Below are positions 44,669 to 56,506 of a stretch of 64,000 bases of DNA, piece by piece. The notes under the pieces were generated by a model, which worked only from the letters and a program-made list of their open reading frames with translations, made no database searches and had not been told where the DNA came from. The position numbers and the translations under genes are program-made. Position 1 is the first letter of the stretch. Every line of letters begins with the position of its first letter. This DNA comes from Epithemia pelagica (Eukaryota; Protista; Bacillariophyta), in assembly GCA_946965045.2 (NCBI GenBank), contig OX337228.1, forward strand, positions 5,704,001 to 5,768,000. Direction: 5' to 3'.

Positions 44669-45451
44669 GGTGGAAACCGATCTGCAAAAATGCCACGTGA
44701 AAGACGATGGAAAAGGATTCAAAAGATAGCGTAAAGACTTGAATTTCCTTGAAGAAAAAAAGACAAAGAAAAGATGAGGGCAGGTCGATCGAAACAAGGG
44801 CGCCCAGAAGGTTTTGAAGAATCAGTAGCACGGAGGTCAATTGGCGAGAAGTGCACCTACCGATTTGCATGTATCGGTCGGTCCTTGACCTCTCCCGAAA
44901 AAAATGAGGACTCTCGGTCTCCCGAAAAAAATGAGGACATCTCTCGGTCAAGCGATTACAATCTTCCGAAGCAAATGGTTTGTTGCTCTCAGACGCCGGG
45001 TCACTCACGGGTGAATTCAATCCTTGAATGGGTTGGAGAGTATGGGCGTAAGATGTCATTGATACGGCATGGGTTGGGGGCAGTACGGGGACCATGGCCG
45101 ACTCATTCACTAAGTGCAGATGCCATCCGTTCATTGGATGTTTTCCTTCCCAGTTAGCTTTTATGATTGTGCTTGTTCACGAAACAATTTGACTGGGTCC
45201 TTACGGTAAAATTGTTCTCTGATTAGCCCCTACTGGATATTATTCACGAGGGCAATAGTAACTACTATGATCCAGTCTGAGTTCATTCCATTTCCTTAGG
45301 AGATTGAGTTATCTAGAATAATATTGCCTATTGATATTGCCCTTTGCACCCCTGATCTCGGGAGCTAGAACACATAGCAAAAGGTGGGATGATAGATAGA
45401 TGAGTCTTCTCCTCTAGTAGGAGTACAGCAGCCGTAGCAGACCAATGCACC

Positions 45452-46902
45452 ATGGCAAGTAAAGATGGACGGCTCATTCAAACGCAAGGGACAAAGTTGA
45501 GTCAATCAAACTGGCAAACACGCTCCACTGCAGTACAAGATCAGCCCTCCCATGCAGTTCCGCAAAATTCTCGTTTCTCAGGGGCAGTAAACAATAACGA
45601 TACTATCGAGAGAGACGAGAATGGTGGATCTGGTTGCTTCATTTGTGGACTTGACAACGACCACGACAAGTTGTTGCTTTGTGAGATTTGCAACGGCGAG
45701 TACCACACATACTGCCTTGTCCCACCTTTGGAAAAGATTCCAGAAAATGAATGGTACTGTGGTACGCCACCTTAATTTGCAATCGTATCATATCATGAAT
45801 GGACCCGACTGGCAACTGACAAGAATTGCTTTTCAGATCGCTGCAAACAAAGTGACAATTTAGAAGTAATGGTAACAGTTCTTCCCGACGCTTGGAAATC
45901 ACGATTTGGTGAAATTTGTTGGGCACAGGGTGGTGAGTCATTGAACATAAATACTCGAGTGAAATGGATACATCAGATATCTAATGAGTTGCTGAACTGT
46001 TTTTTTTTCAGGGGTTGGATATGGATGGTGGCCAGCGTGTATTTACGATCCGAGGTTAACGATTGGAGCTGCCCGAGTCGAGGCCACCAAAAATCTGGGG
46101 AAGAAACATCTCGTGTATTTCTTTGAATGCGCCGAAGCTCCCTTTGAAATTTTGCCCGAGTCGAAAATAATGATATGGGAACAAGGAATTCTGGACGATT
46201 GTCGTCTTGGAAAAACGGCCAAAGCCAGTTCCAAAGCACGGTTTGCCGCCTTTCGATGTGCCCTCCATGCGGCAAGTATTGAAGAGAGTAAACCGCGTGA
46301 ATTCCGTCTGGATTGGAACCATCAAGGAGCTTCGGCGCTCATTCCCTATTCATCACCAGGTGCTTCGGGAGACAAGGATTTGAAAACAAAAGGGAAACGA
46401 CTGGTCGAACAGGGGAGTTCGGGTGATCAACGACGAAAGGCTCGCCGTGCTACGACGACATCTGGAGACAGCAAACCAACAAACAGATCGGAAGCTACGG
46501 CACGAAAGCCAAATTCATCCAAACGAACAAAGACACCGGCGGTAGTTGATTCCGTCATATCCACGGATGGAGAAGAAGAGGATGGCGAAATGTACTGTAA
46601 GGTGGTGCGTTCTCGTAATGCTTCTACTGACAAGGCAAATATTGGCTTTGTGAGACTCAAATCTCGCAACATTCTCACAGCTTCGCGGAGTTATTGAAAG
46701 CGATTTGGTTCCCGATGCCATACCCTCCAACTGGGAATGGCGATTTTTGGTTCCAAATTTGGGTCCTCTCACCATCAAACAAGAATCCAAGTTTGGACCG
46801 CTCTTACCCTTTTTGCGCAAGACGACGAATCCAAGCGAGCTCGGTGATGGGACACTAAAACATCCGGTTGAAGTGGAACTCGTTGAGAAGCACAAACACT
46901 AG
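45452..46902 (+). pseudogene. PHD-finger + PWWP protein, copy A, frameshifted at ~46667 (net -8 bp vs copy B)
   Basis: CFICG...LLLCEICNGEYHTYCL.P (PHD), GYGWWPA (PWWP); introns 45762-45836 and 45933-46011; CA replaces the GAAGCGATCC of copy B, stop at 46697. Confidence 0.78.
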
Positions 46903-46998
46903 AATGAAAAGATTGCGTGTTAATAGCAATTTTGGAACGCGGGGAACAGCATTGGCAGTATTCCTTTTTGTATCTATTGAGATTTACATTGCATCCAA

Positions 46999-47916
46999 TT
47001 AATCTTCTCCCGTTTCCGTTTGGACGCGATTCTCCTTATTCTCTTTTATCAACTCATCAAATTTGGCCTTGAGATGTTGATTGGCAGGATCTAGAAACCA
47101 TTTTCGCAACTGCATTCCGGGATGGAGGTAGCCTCGGCAGTGCATACTGGTATAATATGGCTGGTATTTCGGTGGAGGCCGGGCTTGTCGATGTTTGTAC
47201 TTGTCCGGTCCTCGTACATGTTCTCTTAAGGCCAACTTGTTGTAGTGAAAGGTGGTGACGGTTCCTCCGGCACGTTCCACGGCCGCAATAGCCTCTTTGG
47301 AGGCCCAGCCAACCAGCAAGTGGAGAGGAGTGTCGATGCGTTCTTTGCCTTGTGCCAAAAGTTTGATACCACCACGTTTCAATGTCGTGTTGGGTGTAAT
47401 CATTCCGGCTTCGATCATGTGCCACATGTTGATTGGGTTCAGTTCGGAATCGCCCACCCCCGGGAGACGTCCCATGGCGACATGGTCTAGAACAGTTCCC
47501 AGATTGAGAGCAATCGGTTTCTTCTTTTTCGATTTGAAGCCACGCTTGGGCAAACGCTTGTGGAGTGGAGTTTGACCACCTTCAAACCAAGCCGGAATGG
47601 AACTGCCCGATCGTGCCTTTTGACCTTTTTGACCTCGTCCACAGGTTTTTCCTCGACCCGAACCATTTCCACGGCCCACACGCTTTTTCTTTTTCACCGC
47701 CCCTGGATTGTCATGTAGGTTGTTCAAATACAGAAACTGGACAGGTTTTGTTGTAGTCGCTTGTGCAGAAGATGAGAACCAACTCTGCAATGTAGGTGAC
47801 AGCATCTCACGACACTGTTGTGGGATGGACCCCAAGGAGGTTATTGTCGGTGTTCTGCGAATGCTGCTGCTTGCCGACAGGAAAAGCCGACGCGTCGCCA
47901 GCGCTTTCGAAAACAT
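46999..47916 (-). CDS. MRPL15: Mitochondrial ribosomal protein uL15m
   Basis: [48 protein letters not shown]; Arg/Ser-rich presequence from ATG 47916. Confidence 0.9.
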   Translation of the reverse strand: MFSKALATRRLFLSASSSIRRTPTITSLGSIPQQCREMLSPTLQSWFSSSAQATTTKPVQFLYLNNLHDNPGAVKKKKRVGRGNGSGRGKTCGRGQKGQKARSGSSIPAWFEGGQTPLHKRLPKRGFKSKKKKPIALNLGTVLDHVAMGRLPGVGDSELNPINMWHMIEAGMITPNTTLKRGGIKLLAQGKERIDTPLHLLVGWASKEAIAAVERAGGTVTTFHYNKLALREHVRGPDKYKHRQARPPPKYQPYYTSMHCRGYLHPGMQLRKWFLDPANQHLKAKFDELIKENKENRVQTETGED

Positions 47917-48322
47917 TGCTGTTCGCGATTCAATGGAAAGGAGACGATCGTAGAATGGATTGGCAATCGGAGTAATTCGCAACAACCATCAAGGGGATCA
48001 CCGGCCAACGACAGCCGTTCAAATGTCAAGAGTTCTTTGACAAAAAAGATACCCTCAAAGCTATCGGACCAAATCAAAGAGCGGATAGATTCTTCGATCT
48101 TGTCAGCGACTGATCTGCGGTAAGTCTTTCGCGAAGATACCAGCTTAGGGATGAGGATAGATGACACTGCGTGTTGTCAGTACTCCAAGTTGAACCTTGA
48201 GATTCATCAATTCAAGAACAACCAATACGGATACATTCTTTCCACCTCAGGGCCCTCACTGCCACCGACGCGAACGACAAGAGGATACGATTTCCAACAA
48301 ACAACAACAACAAGTCGAGACC

Positions 48323-49058
48323 ATGAGTAGATGGACAGTCATTGCATTACTGGCAGCTGGCGCTCAGGCCTTTGCACCCACAACACCTGCTTTGTTGGAC
48401 CATCGCAAATGTTCCTCGCTCGGCCAATCGACGGTGACCGATGCCGACGCTACGACAGAATCTGCCGATCAGACTGTCATTTCTTCGAATCCTCCAGAGG
48501 ACACGAAGCGAAAAGTTGTAGAGGAACCGGCTCTGTGGGAATACAATTTTGGATTGCAGGATCCACAACTGCCATTGCCTCACGGCTTGACGGCTCGCGT
48601 GTCGGCACCCGAGACGTATGCGATCACGGAGGAACAGATCCGAACCCTGGAGGAAGATGGGGTAGTTATATCAAAGGTGTGTTTGACGAAGAATGGGTGG
48701 ACTACCTTCGACAAGCAACTGCCTACCAAGTAGGAAACCCACACTTTTGGGTGTTTGCTGGCACGGCGTCCAAACTTTACGTATTACATCCAGCGAAATG
48801 TGTGGCAAACCAACAAGGCATTTGCGAACTTTTACTACCACTCTGCCATGGGCGATGTCCTTCGGCAATGTGGTAGAACCGAGGAAATCCGGGTTTCCAC
48901 CGATTTGTTGATGGTGAATCCCAACAAAGGGTTCAAATGGCATCAGGACAACCAAAATGGACCCATCACTCCGGAGGAAGGGATCCGATTCTGGATCACC
49001 ATGGACGAAACACCAAAAGATTATGGTGCCCCTGTCTACCTAAAGGGTTCCCACCGAA
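48323..49058 (+). pseudogene. 5' fragment of the PhyH-like dioxygenase (copy A), frameshifted and truncated at the junction
   Basis: Matches 55164-55899; 1-bp loss at ~48668 (stop at 48733), 1-bp gain at ~48782; lacks the C-terminal His region. Confidence 0.88.
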
Positions 49059-49853
49059 CTACAGGGGTATGCGCAATTAATTGCATTGGGCCACGTGACT
49101 CTAGTAGAAGTCAAGGGTGTAACGTTCTGCGGAAAGTCGGATGCGTCCAATTTGAACATGTCCAATACACCATGGCACCACGAAGTCGTGGCCTTGACAC
49201 AGCAGCTGCAACGTGAGCTACAAAAGATTCGAGAACAGCAATTGAAATCAGGGGACAAGAACGAACAAGTCTTGCCAGAATATGGTTTGGCATGTGAACA
49301 TCAGCACTCGTGCAGTGTCCTCTTGGCCCGCGTGGATCTCTTTGCAGACACGGATCCTGCGACGGGAAAGGTTGTTCAATGGAACACATGGATCGATTAC
49401 GATAAGTTCCATGAGTTGGCCAAACGACATTCCAAAGCAATGACAGAGAATCCCTCCGATGCTTCAAAATATGCTTTCACCGTTCGGGACTACACAGCCC
49501 CAACACCGGTGTGGGCCTTATTTGGTGCAAAGGAGCATGGATTTGATCCGACAGAAACGAGGTATCGAAAGAAGCACAAGCATCCAAAGTACACGCGGTT
49601 TGATTCCTCAGGAGTTCCAACTCATGATTGCAATGACGAGCCCCTTTCCATTGTAGAACGTGAGCAGTTGGGAAAACTGATGGACGAGCGATTGCATGAA
49701 CTGGGTGGTGAAGAGTCTGTGACAACGGAAATGCCGGATGGAGCAAAGTACATTAACGATCCCCGCAACATGTTTCGTGGAATGGTCGTTAGAAAGACAA
49801 CTAAGATATTTAGTTCCACTAAGGTTATGAAGAGTTTACTTGATGATTTCTAA
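49056..49853 (+). pseudogene. TYW1: 3' fragment of TYW1 (copy B)
   Basis: Matches TYW1 from 41551 onward; lacks the flavodoxin domain and CxxxCxxC; 1-bp deletion near the end reads past the normal stop. Confidence 0.9.
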
Positions 49854-50022
49854 GATGGGTTGATTCATATATGAATGAAAAGGGTGTAGTGATTGGCAGT
49901 CTCTTCTCTGAAAACTTTTCGCATTCATTGACGTCCAGGAAGATGGAATGGTACAACCCGTCGCATTATAGCGAGTAGAGAAGGAAAGCGGTTATGTATC
50001 ATGCATTGACTTCACAGCTTCT

Positions 50023-52172
50023 TCAACGTAATGAGTGATGTACACCATTGCGTCGCAGAAAACGCAAACGGATCCTACGACTTTTCTCGCTCTTCTCGCT
50101 CTTCTCGCTCTTCTCGTTCTTGGGCTTCTTTTCATTGTGTTCCTCGGGAGAAGATGTTGGCCTAGAGGTAGGCGAAACAGTGGGCACCGGAGTCACCGGA
50201 GACGATGTTGGCGTAGAAGTAGGCGAAACAGTGGGCACCGGAGTCACCGGAGACGATGTTGGCGTAGAAGTAGGCGAAACAGTGGGCACAGGGGTTGGGC
50301 TCAATGTTGGTGTTGATGTTGGGCGCGACGTGGGCCTTTCTGTTGGCGTCGATGTCGGTTGTTCGGTAGGCGGCGAAGTCGGCCGTGCCGAAGTAGGCGA
50401 AACAGTGGGCACAGGGGTTGGGCTTGATGTGGGTGTTGATGTTGGGCTCAACGTGGGCCTTGCCGTAGGCGTCAGGGTCGGTTGTTCGGTAGGCGGCGAA
50501 GTCGGCCATTCGGTGGGTACCCCAGTAGGTAAATTGGTCGGGGCGGGCGACGGCGGTGCAATCGGCATTGCAGTTGAAGAAGTTGGCGCAAAGGAGGGAC
50601 TTGCGGTAGGCATCAACGTAGGAACAGCCGTAGGTAACATTGTCGGAGACATGGTTGGATCATGAGTTGGTCGAGATGTAGGTGAATCCGTGGGTTGAGT
50701 TGTCGGAGAATCAGTAGGGGCCAAGGTGGGGGAATCGGTGGGGGCAGGTGTGGTGTCGTCGTCAAAGAACGATTTTTCGGATGTGGCAACGCAACTCGGT
50801 CCCTCCTGGTTTATCATAGTGTCCGTGATAATTACCGTGTTATCATGCGAGAACGTCGAACACGCATCGCAAATACTAGCCTGCATTATGGTTTCACGAT
50901 CAGCTAGGCCGTGTGCTCCGTTAAAGTTGTGACCAATCTCATCTGCAGGCGAATGTTAGTTACAATTGTTAGTTATGAGAACCATGTTTTGAATTATTGC
51001 ATTCGAAGCGCGAATCACTTACGGGCTGTGAGAGCAGCTAAATCAGCAATGATATCGCTGAACATCAGCTCGCTACCAGCCAGATTGTAGCCATTGCCGT
51101 GACAAAGCGTGTTGACATACGCGCAGCCGATAGTATCTCCATAATCATAGCCATAGTACAGGTGCCAGATATCTGATTCGTTGAATCGAAGCCCTGCAAT
51201 ACCCGAAGAACTCACAAGTTCGTTCCTGAACTCCCTGAGAAGGCCTTGGCCTTTGGAGCAAAGGTTGTTCTGGTTGTCTTGGATCATCTGGTGGATGGGA
51301 TCAGTGTTTTGGTCGCAAAAGATGATAAGATCCTTCGGCAAGATTTTGATGCAGAGTGCATCATAAATCTCATTGACTTTCTCTAGAACCTGAACGAATA
51401 CAAGTTTGACCAATTCATCTGTACCCCCCAGGTCTAGGCACGTTCGGGAATCGACAACGAAAATTACCTCAACCTCCCAGTATGAATCGCAGGTTGATTC
51501 CGTTAGGGCACGGCCTGGAATCATCATGTCTTCGAGAGCTACGGTCTGTTGCCGTCGACGAAGATTGGATCCCGTAGTGGCATTGGAAGGAGGGTGTACC
51601 GCATGGAGTACCCGGCCAGAGAATTCGCGCTTTTCGGCGATTTCTTTCTTCAGAAGAACATAAGTATCCTGGCCCACCTTGATGATTTCATCGGAGCTCC
51701 TTGATGATGTCACTGCATGCAAAGCGCCTTCGGATGTGAAAGTAACAGCTGCATCGCAGTCTTTGCTCTTGTATATAGCGGGAATGTTGGTGGTTTGCTC
51801 CACATTGTCAACAATAACATGTGACTCATGGCCAAACAGCTTGATTTCTTTTAGACGACTTTTGTCGAACGAGACGAAGCATTCATCGAACCACACTCCA
51901 GTATCTTGTTTTTCGACTAGTACGAGGGGAAGATGGTCTGGGTCTTTGTCCTTGATTCTGTTTTTCTTGATAAACTTCTCAAGCGAGAGGCGTTCTGCTG
52001 TTCGAAAGAAATTGAGTTTGCGCTCACGTCGACTTTGCTCGTCTTGGTCGAACGAGGACGCAGTGTTGTCCATTGCAAATGCCTTACAGTTCAAAGTCAC
52101 CAAGAAAAAGCAGAGGAGCGTGCTGGGGCCAAGAGAGAAAGAGCCATAATGTGGAAGTGATGCAACTTTCAT
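50023..52172 (-). CDS. Secreted metzincin with Pro/Thr stalk, copy B (exons 52172-51023, 50942-50023)
   Basis: Same structure as copy A, HEIGHNFNGAH intact, few substitutions. Confidence 0.85.
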
Positions 52173-52927
52173 GGTGGAAACCGATCTGCAAAAATGCCAC
52201 GTGAAAGACGATGGAAAAGGATTCAAAATATAGCGTAAAGACTTAAATTTCCTTGAAGAAAAAAGACAAAGAAAAGATGAGGGCAGGTCGATCGAAACAA
52301 GGGCGCCCAAAAGGTTTTGAAGAATCAGTAGCACGGAGGTCAATTGGCGAGAAGTGCACCTACCGATTTGCATGAATCGGTTGGTCCTTGACCTCTCCCG
52401 AAAAAAATGAGGACATCTCTCGGTCAAGCGATTACAATCTTCCGAAGCAAATGGTTTGTTGCTCTCAGACGCCGGGTCACTCACGGGTGAATTCAATCCT
52501 TGAATGGGTTGGAGAGTATGGGCGTAAGATGTCATTGATACGGCATGGGTTGGGGGCAGTACGGGGACCATGGCCGACTCATTCACTAAGTGCAGATGCC
52601 ATCCGTTCATTAGATGTTTTCCTTCCCAGTTAGCTTTTATGATTGTGCTTGTTCACGAAACAATTTGACTGGGTCCTTACGGTAAAATTGTTCTCTGATT
52701 AGCCCCTACTGGATATTATTCACGAGGGCAATAGTAACTACTATGATCCAGTCTGAGTTCATTCCATTTCCTTAGGAGATTGAGTTATCTAGAATAATAT
52801 TGCCTATTGATATTGCCCTTTGCACCCCTGATCTCGGGAGCTAGAACACATAGCAAAAGGTGGGATGATAGATAGATGAGTCTTCTCCTCTAGTAGGAGT
52901 ACAGCAGCCGTAGCAGACCAATGCACC

Positions 52928-54386
52928 ATGGCAAGTAAAGATGGACGGCTCATTCAAACGCAAGGGACAAAGTTGAGTCAATCAAACTGGCAAACACGCT
53001 CCACTGCAGTACAAGATCAGCCCTCCCATGAAGTTCCGCAAAATTCTCGTTTCTCAGGGGCAGTAAACAATAACGATACTATCGAGAGAGACGAGAATGG
53101 TGGATCTGGTTGCTTCATTTGTGGACTTGACAACGACCACGACAAGTTGTTGCTTTGTGAGATTTGCAACGGCGAGTACCACACATACTGCCTTGTCCCA
53201 CCTTTGGAAAAGATTCCAGAAAATGAATGGTACTGTGGTACGCCACCTTAATTTGCAATCGTATCATATCATGAATGGACCCGACTGGCAACTGACAAGA
53301 ATTGCTTTTCAGAGCGCTGCAAACAAAGTGACAATTTAGAAGTAATGGTAACAGTTCTTCCCGACGCTTGGAAATCACGATTTGGTGAAATTTGTTGGGC
53401 ACAGGGTGGTGAGTCATTGAACATAAATACTCGAGTGAAATGGATACATCAGATATCTAATGAGTTGCTGAACTGTTTTTTTTTCAGGGGTTGGATATGG
53501 ATGGTGGCCAGCGTGTATTTACGATCCGAGGTTAACGATTGGAGCTGCCCGAGTCGAGGCCACCAAAAATCTGGGGAAGAAACATCTCGTGTATTTCTTT
53601 GAATGCGCCGAAGCTCCCTTTGAAATTTTGCCCGAGTCGAAAATAATGATATGGGAACAAGGAATTCTGGACGATTGTCATCTTGGAAAAACGGCCAAAG
53701 CCAGTTCCAAAGCACGGTTTGCCGCCTTTCGATGTGCCCTCCATGCGGCAAGTATTGAAGAGAGTAAACCGCGTGAATTCCGTCTGGATTGGAACCATCA
53801 AGGAGCTTCGGCGCTCATTCCCCATTCATCACCAGGTGCTTCGGGAGACAAGGATTTGAAAACAAAAGGGAAACGACTGGTCGAACAGGGGAGTTCGGGT
53901 GATCAACGACGAAAGGCTCGCCGTGCTACGACGACATCTGGAGACAGCAAACCAACAAACAGATCGGAAGCTACGGCACGAAAGCCAAATTCATCCAAAC
54001 GAACAAAGACACCGGCGGTAGTTGATTCCGTCATATCCACGGATGGAGAAGAAGAGGATGGCGAAATGTACTGTAAGGTGGTGCGTTCTCGTAATGCTTC
54101 TACTGACAAGGCAAATATTGGCTTTGTGAGGCTCAAATCTCGGAAGCGATCCACATTCTCACAGCTTCGCGGAGTTATTGAAAGCGATTTGGTTCCCGAT
54201 GCCATACCCTCCAACTGGGAATGGCGATTTTTGGTTCCAAATTTGGGTCCTCTCACCATCAAACAAGAATCCAAGTTTGGACCGTTCCTACCCTTTTTGC
54301 GAAAGACGACGAATCCAAGCGAGCTCGGTGATGGGACACTAAAACATCCGGTTGAAGTGGAACTCGTTGAGAAGCACAAACACTAG
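52928..54386 (+). CDS. PHD-finger + PWWP chromatin reader, intact copy B (exons 52928-53237, 53313-53408, 53488-54386)
   Basis: PHD C4HC3 and GYGWWPA motifs; two GT-AG introns; open to 54386. Confidence 0.8.
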
Positions 54387-54482
54387 AATGAAAAGATTGC
54401 GTGTTAATAGCAATTTTGGAACGTGGGGAACAGCCTTGGCAATATTCCTTTTTGTATCTATTGAGATTTACAGTGCATCCAA

Positions 54483-54803
54483 TTAATCTTCTCCCGTTTC
54501 CGTTTGGACGCGATTCTCCTTATTCTCTTTTATCAACTCATCAAATTCGGCCTTGAGATGTTGATTGGCAGGATCTAGAAACCATTTTCGCAACTGCATT
54601 CCGGGATGGAGGTAGCCTCGGCAGTGCATACTGGTATAATATGGCTGGTATTTCGGTGGAGGCCGGGCTTGTCGATGTTTGTACTTGTCCGGTCCTCGTA
54701 CATGTTCTCTTAAGGCCAACTTGTTGTAGTGAAAGGTGGTGACGGTTCCTCCGGCAAGGAGACGATCGTAGAATGGATTGGCAATCGGAGCAATTCGCAA
54801 CAA
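54483..54803 (-). pseudogene. MRPL15: uL15m copy B with a 666-bp internal deletion removing the start codon and conserved N-terminal region
   Basis: Sequence equivalent to 47272 is joined to 47939 (ccggca|aggagacg); the GRG..SG and FEGGQ motifs and ATG 47916 are absent. Confidence 0.88.
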
Positions 54804-55163
54804 CCATCAAGGGGATCACCGGCCAACGACAGCCGTTCAATGTCAAGAGTTCTTTTGACAAGAAAGATACCCTCAAAGCTATCATCTATCTGACCAAATC
54901 AAAGCGGATCATAGATTCTTCTTCGATCTTGTCAGCGACTGATCTGCGGTAAGTCTTTCGCGAAGATACCAGCTTAGGGATGAGGATAGATGACACTGCG
55001 TGTTGTCAGTACTCCAAGTTGAACCTTGAGATTCATCAATTCAAGAACAACCAATACGGATACATTCTTTCCACCTCACGGCCCTCTCTCTTGAGCCCAC
55101 TGCCACCGACGCGAACGACAAGAGGATACGATTTCCAACAAACAACAACAACAAGTCGAGACC

Positions 55164-56366
55164 ATGAGTAGATGGACAGTCATTGCATTACTGGCAGCTG
55201 GCGCTCAGGCCTTTGCACCTACAACACCTGCTTTGTTGGACCATCGCAAATGTTCCTCGCTCGGCCAATCGACGGTGACCGATGCCGAAGCTACGACAGA
55301 ATCTGCCGATCAGACTGTCATTTCTTCGAATCCTCCAGAGGACACGAAGCGAAAAGTTGTAGAGGAACCGGCTCTGTGGGAATACAATTTTGGATTGCAG
55401 GATCCACAACTGCCATTGCCGCACGGCTTGACGGCTCGTGTGTCGGCACCCGAGACGTATGCGATAACGGAGGAACAGATCCGAACCCTGGAGGAAGATG
55501 GGGTAGTTCATATCAAAGGCGTGTTTGACGAAGAATGGGTGGACTACCTTAGACAAGCAACTGCCTACCAAGTAGGAAACCCACACTTTTGGGCGTTTGC
55601 TGGTACGGCGTCCAAACTGTACGATTACATCCAGCGAAATGTATGGCAAACCAACAAGGCATTTGCGAACTTTTACTACCACTCTGCCATGGGCGATGTC
55701 CTTCGGCAATGTGGTAGAACCGAGGAAATCCGGGTTTCCACCGATTTGTTGATGGTGAATCCCAACAAAGGGTTCAAATGGCATCAGGACAACCAAAATG
55801 GACCCATCACTCCGGAGGAAGGGATCCGATTCTGGATCACCATGGACGAAACACCAAAAGATTATGGTGCCCCTGTCTACCTAAAGGGTTCGCACCGAAA
55901 TACTGCGGTTGACCCTCAAGCTGTGTTTGTTGATATTGAACAAGAGGGATTGGACGAGTATCGTGACGATCGTTTGGAGTTTAGAACAAAGCCGGGTGAC
56001 ATGCTCATTTGGCATCCCAAGACCATTCACAAGATTGATGGACCTGCGGACGGAATTTGGACCAGCTTTCGACGTGTGCTTGGTGGCACGGTCGCCAAGG
56101 GAGGCACTCGATACAGCGACAAACGCGGTACCGGTGGCGTCTTGTCCGATTTGGGGCGTCATGGCATGGAACATGGTGACGCCCTAGATTCCCCCTTTTT
56201 CCCCGTGATTTATCCCAATTTTTCGGACCGGGAGGCTCGTGCACGTGACGCTGGAAATGTTGGAAGGTCTCCGGTCGATATCGTAACCAAAATCGGCGGT
56301 ATGGCCACAGCTGCCTCTGGCGAGAGATTTCGTTCGTTCTTCCAAGTACTTGGAAGCCGGTCGTAG
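55164..56366 (+). CDS. Phytanoyl-CoA-dioxygenase (PhyH)-family 2OG-Fe(II) enzyme with plastid-type bipartite signal
   Basis: MSRWTVIALLAAGAQA-FAP; EEDGVVHIKGVF, WHQD (HxD), RFWITMD, PGDMLIWHPKTIH. Confidence 0.85.
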   Translation: MSRWTVIALLAAGAQAFAPTTPALLDHRKCSSLGQSTVTDAEATTESADQTVISSNPPEDTKRKVVEEPALWEYNFGLQDPQLPLPHGLTARVSAPETYAITEEQIRTLEEDGVVHIKGVFDEEWVDYLRQATAYQVGNPHFWAFAGTASKLYDYIQRNVWQTNKAFANFYYHSAMGDVLRQCGRTEEIRVSTDLLMVNPNKGFKWHQDNQNGPITPEEGIRFWITMDETPKDYGAPVYLKGSHRNTAVDPQAVFVDIEQEGLDEYRDDRLEFRTKPGDMLIWHPKTIHKIDGPADGIWTSFRRVLGGTVAKGGTRYSDKRGTGGVLSDLGRHGMEHGDALDSPFFPVIYPNFSDREARARDAGNVGRSPVDIVTKIGGMATAASGERFRSFFQVLGSRS

Positions 56367-56506
56367 AACTTGATACACTCCCCATTCCTTTTCCATTAGC
56401 CTCCCCACCTCTGTCAAGAAACATCTTCAAGATGTGAATTAGTCCCCACATGCATCTCTATAACATATAGAATTCTACAAGGATATCATTGTCCAATATA
56501 AGTATT

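Larger units (their letters stand above)
41551..49058. repeat. Tandem segmental duplication, copy A (~7.5 kb)
   Basis: Near-identical to 49056-55899 at offset ~7476-7505, apart from a 666-bp deletion in copy B. Confidence 0.95.
49056..55899. repeat. Tandem segmental duplication, copy B (~6.8 kb)
   Basis: Starts inside TYW1 sequence and ends inside the PhyH-like gene; GAA microhomology at the junction. Confidence 0.95.
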
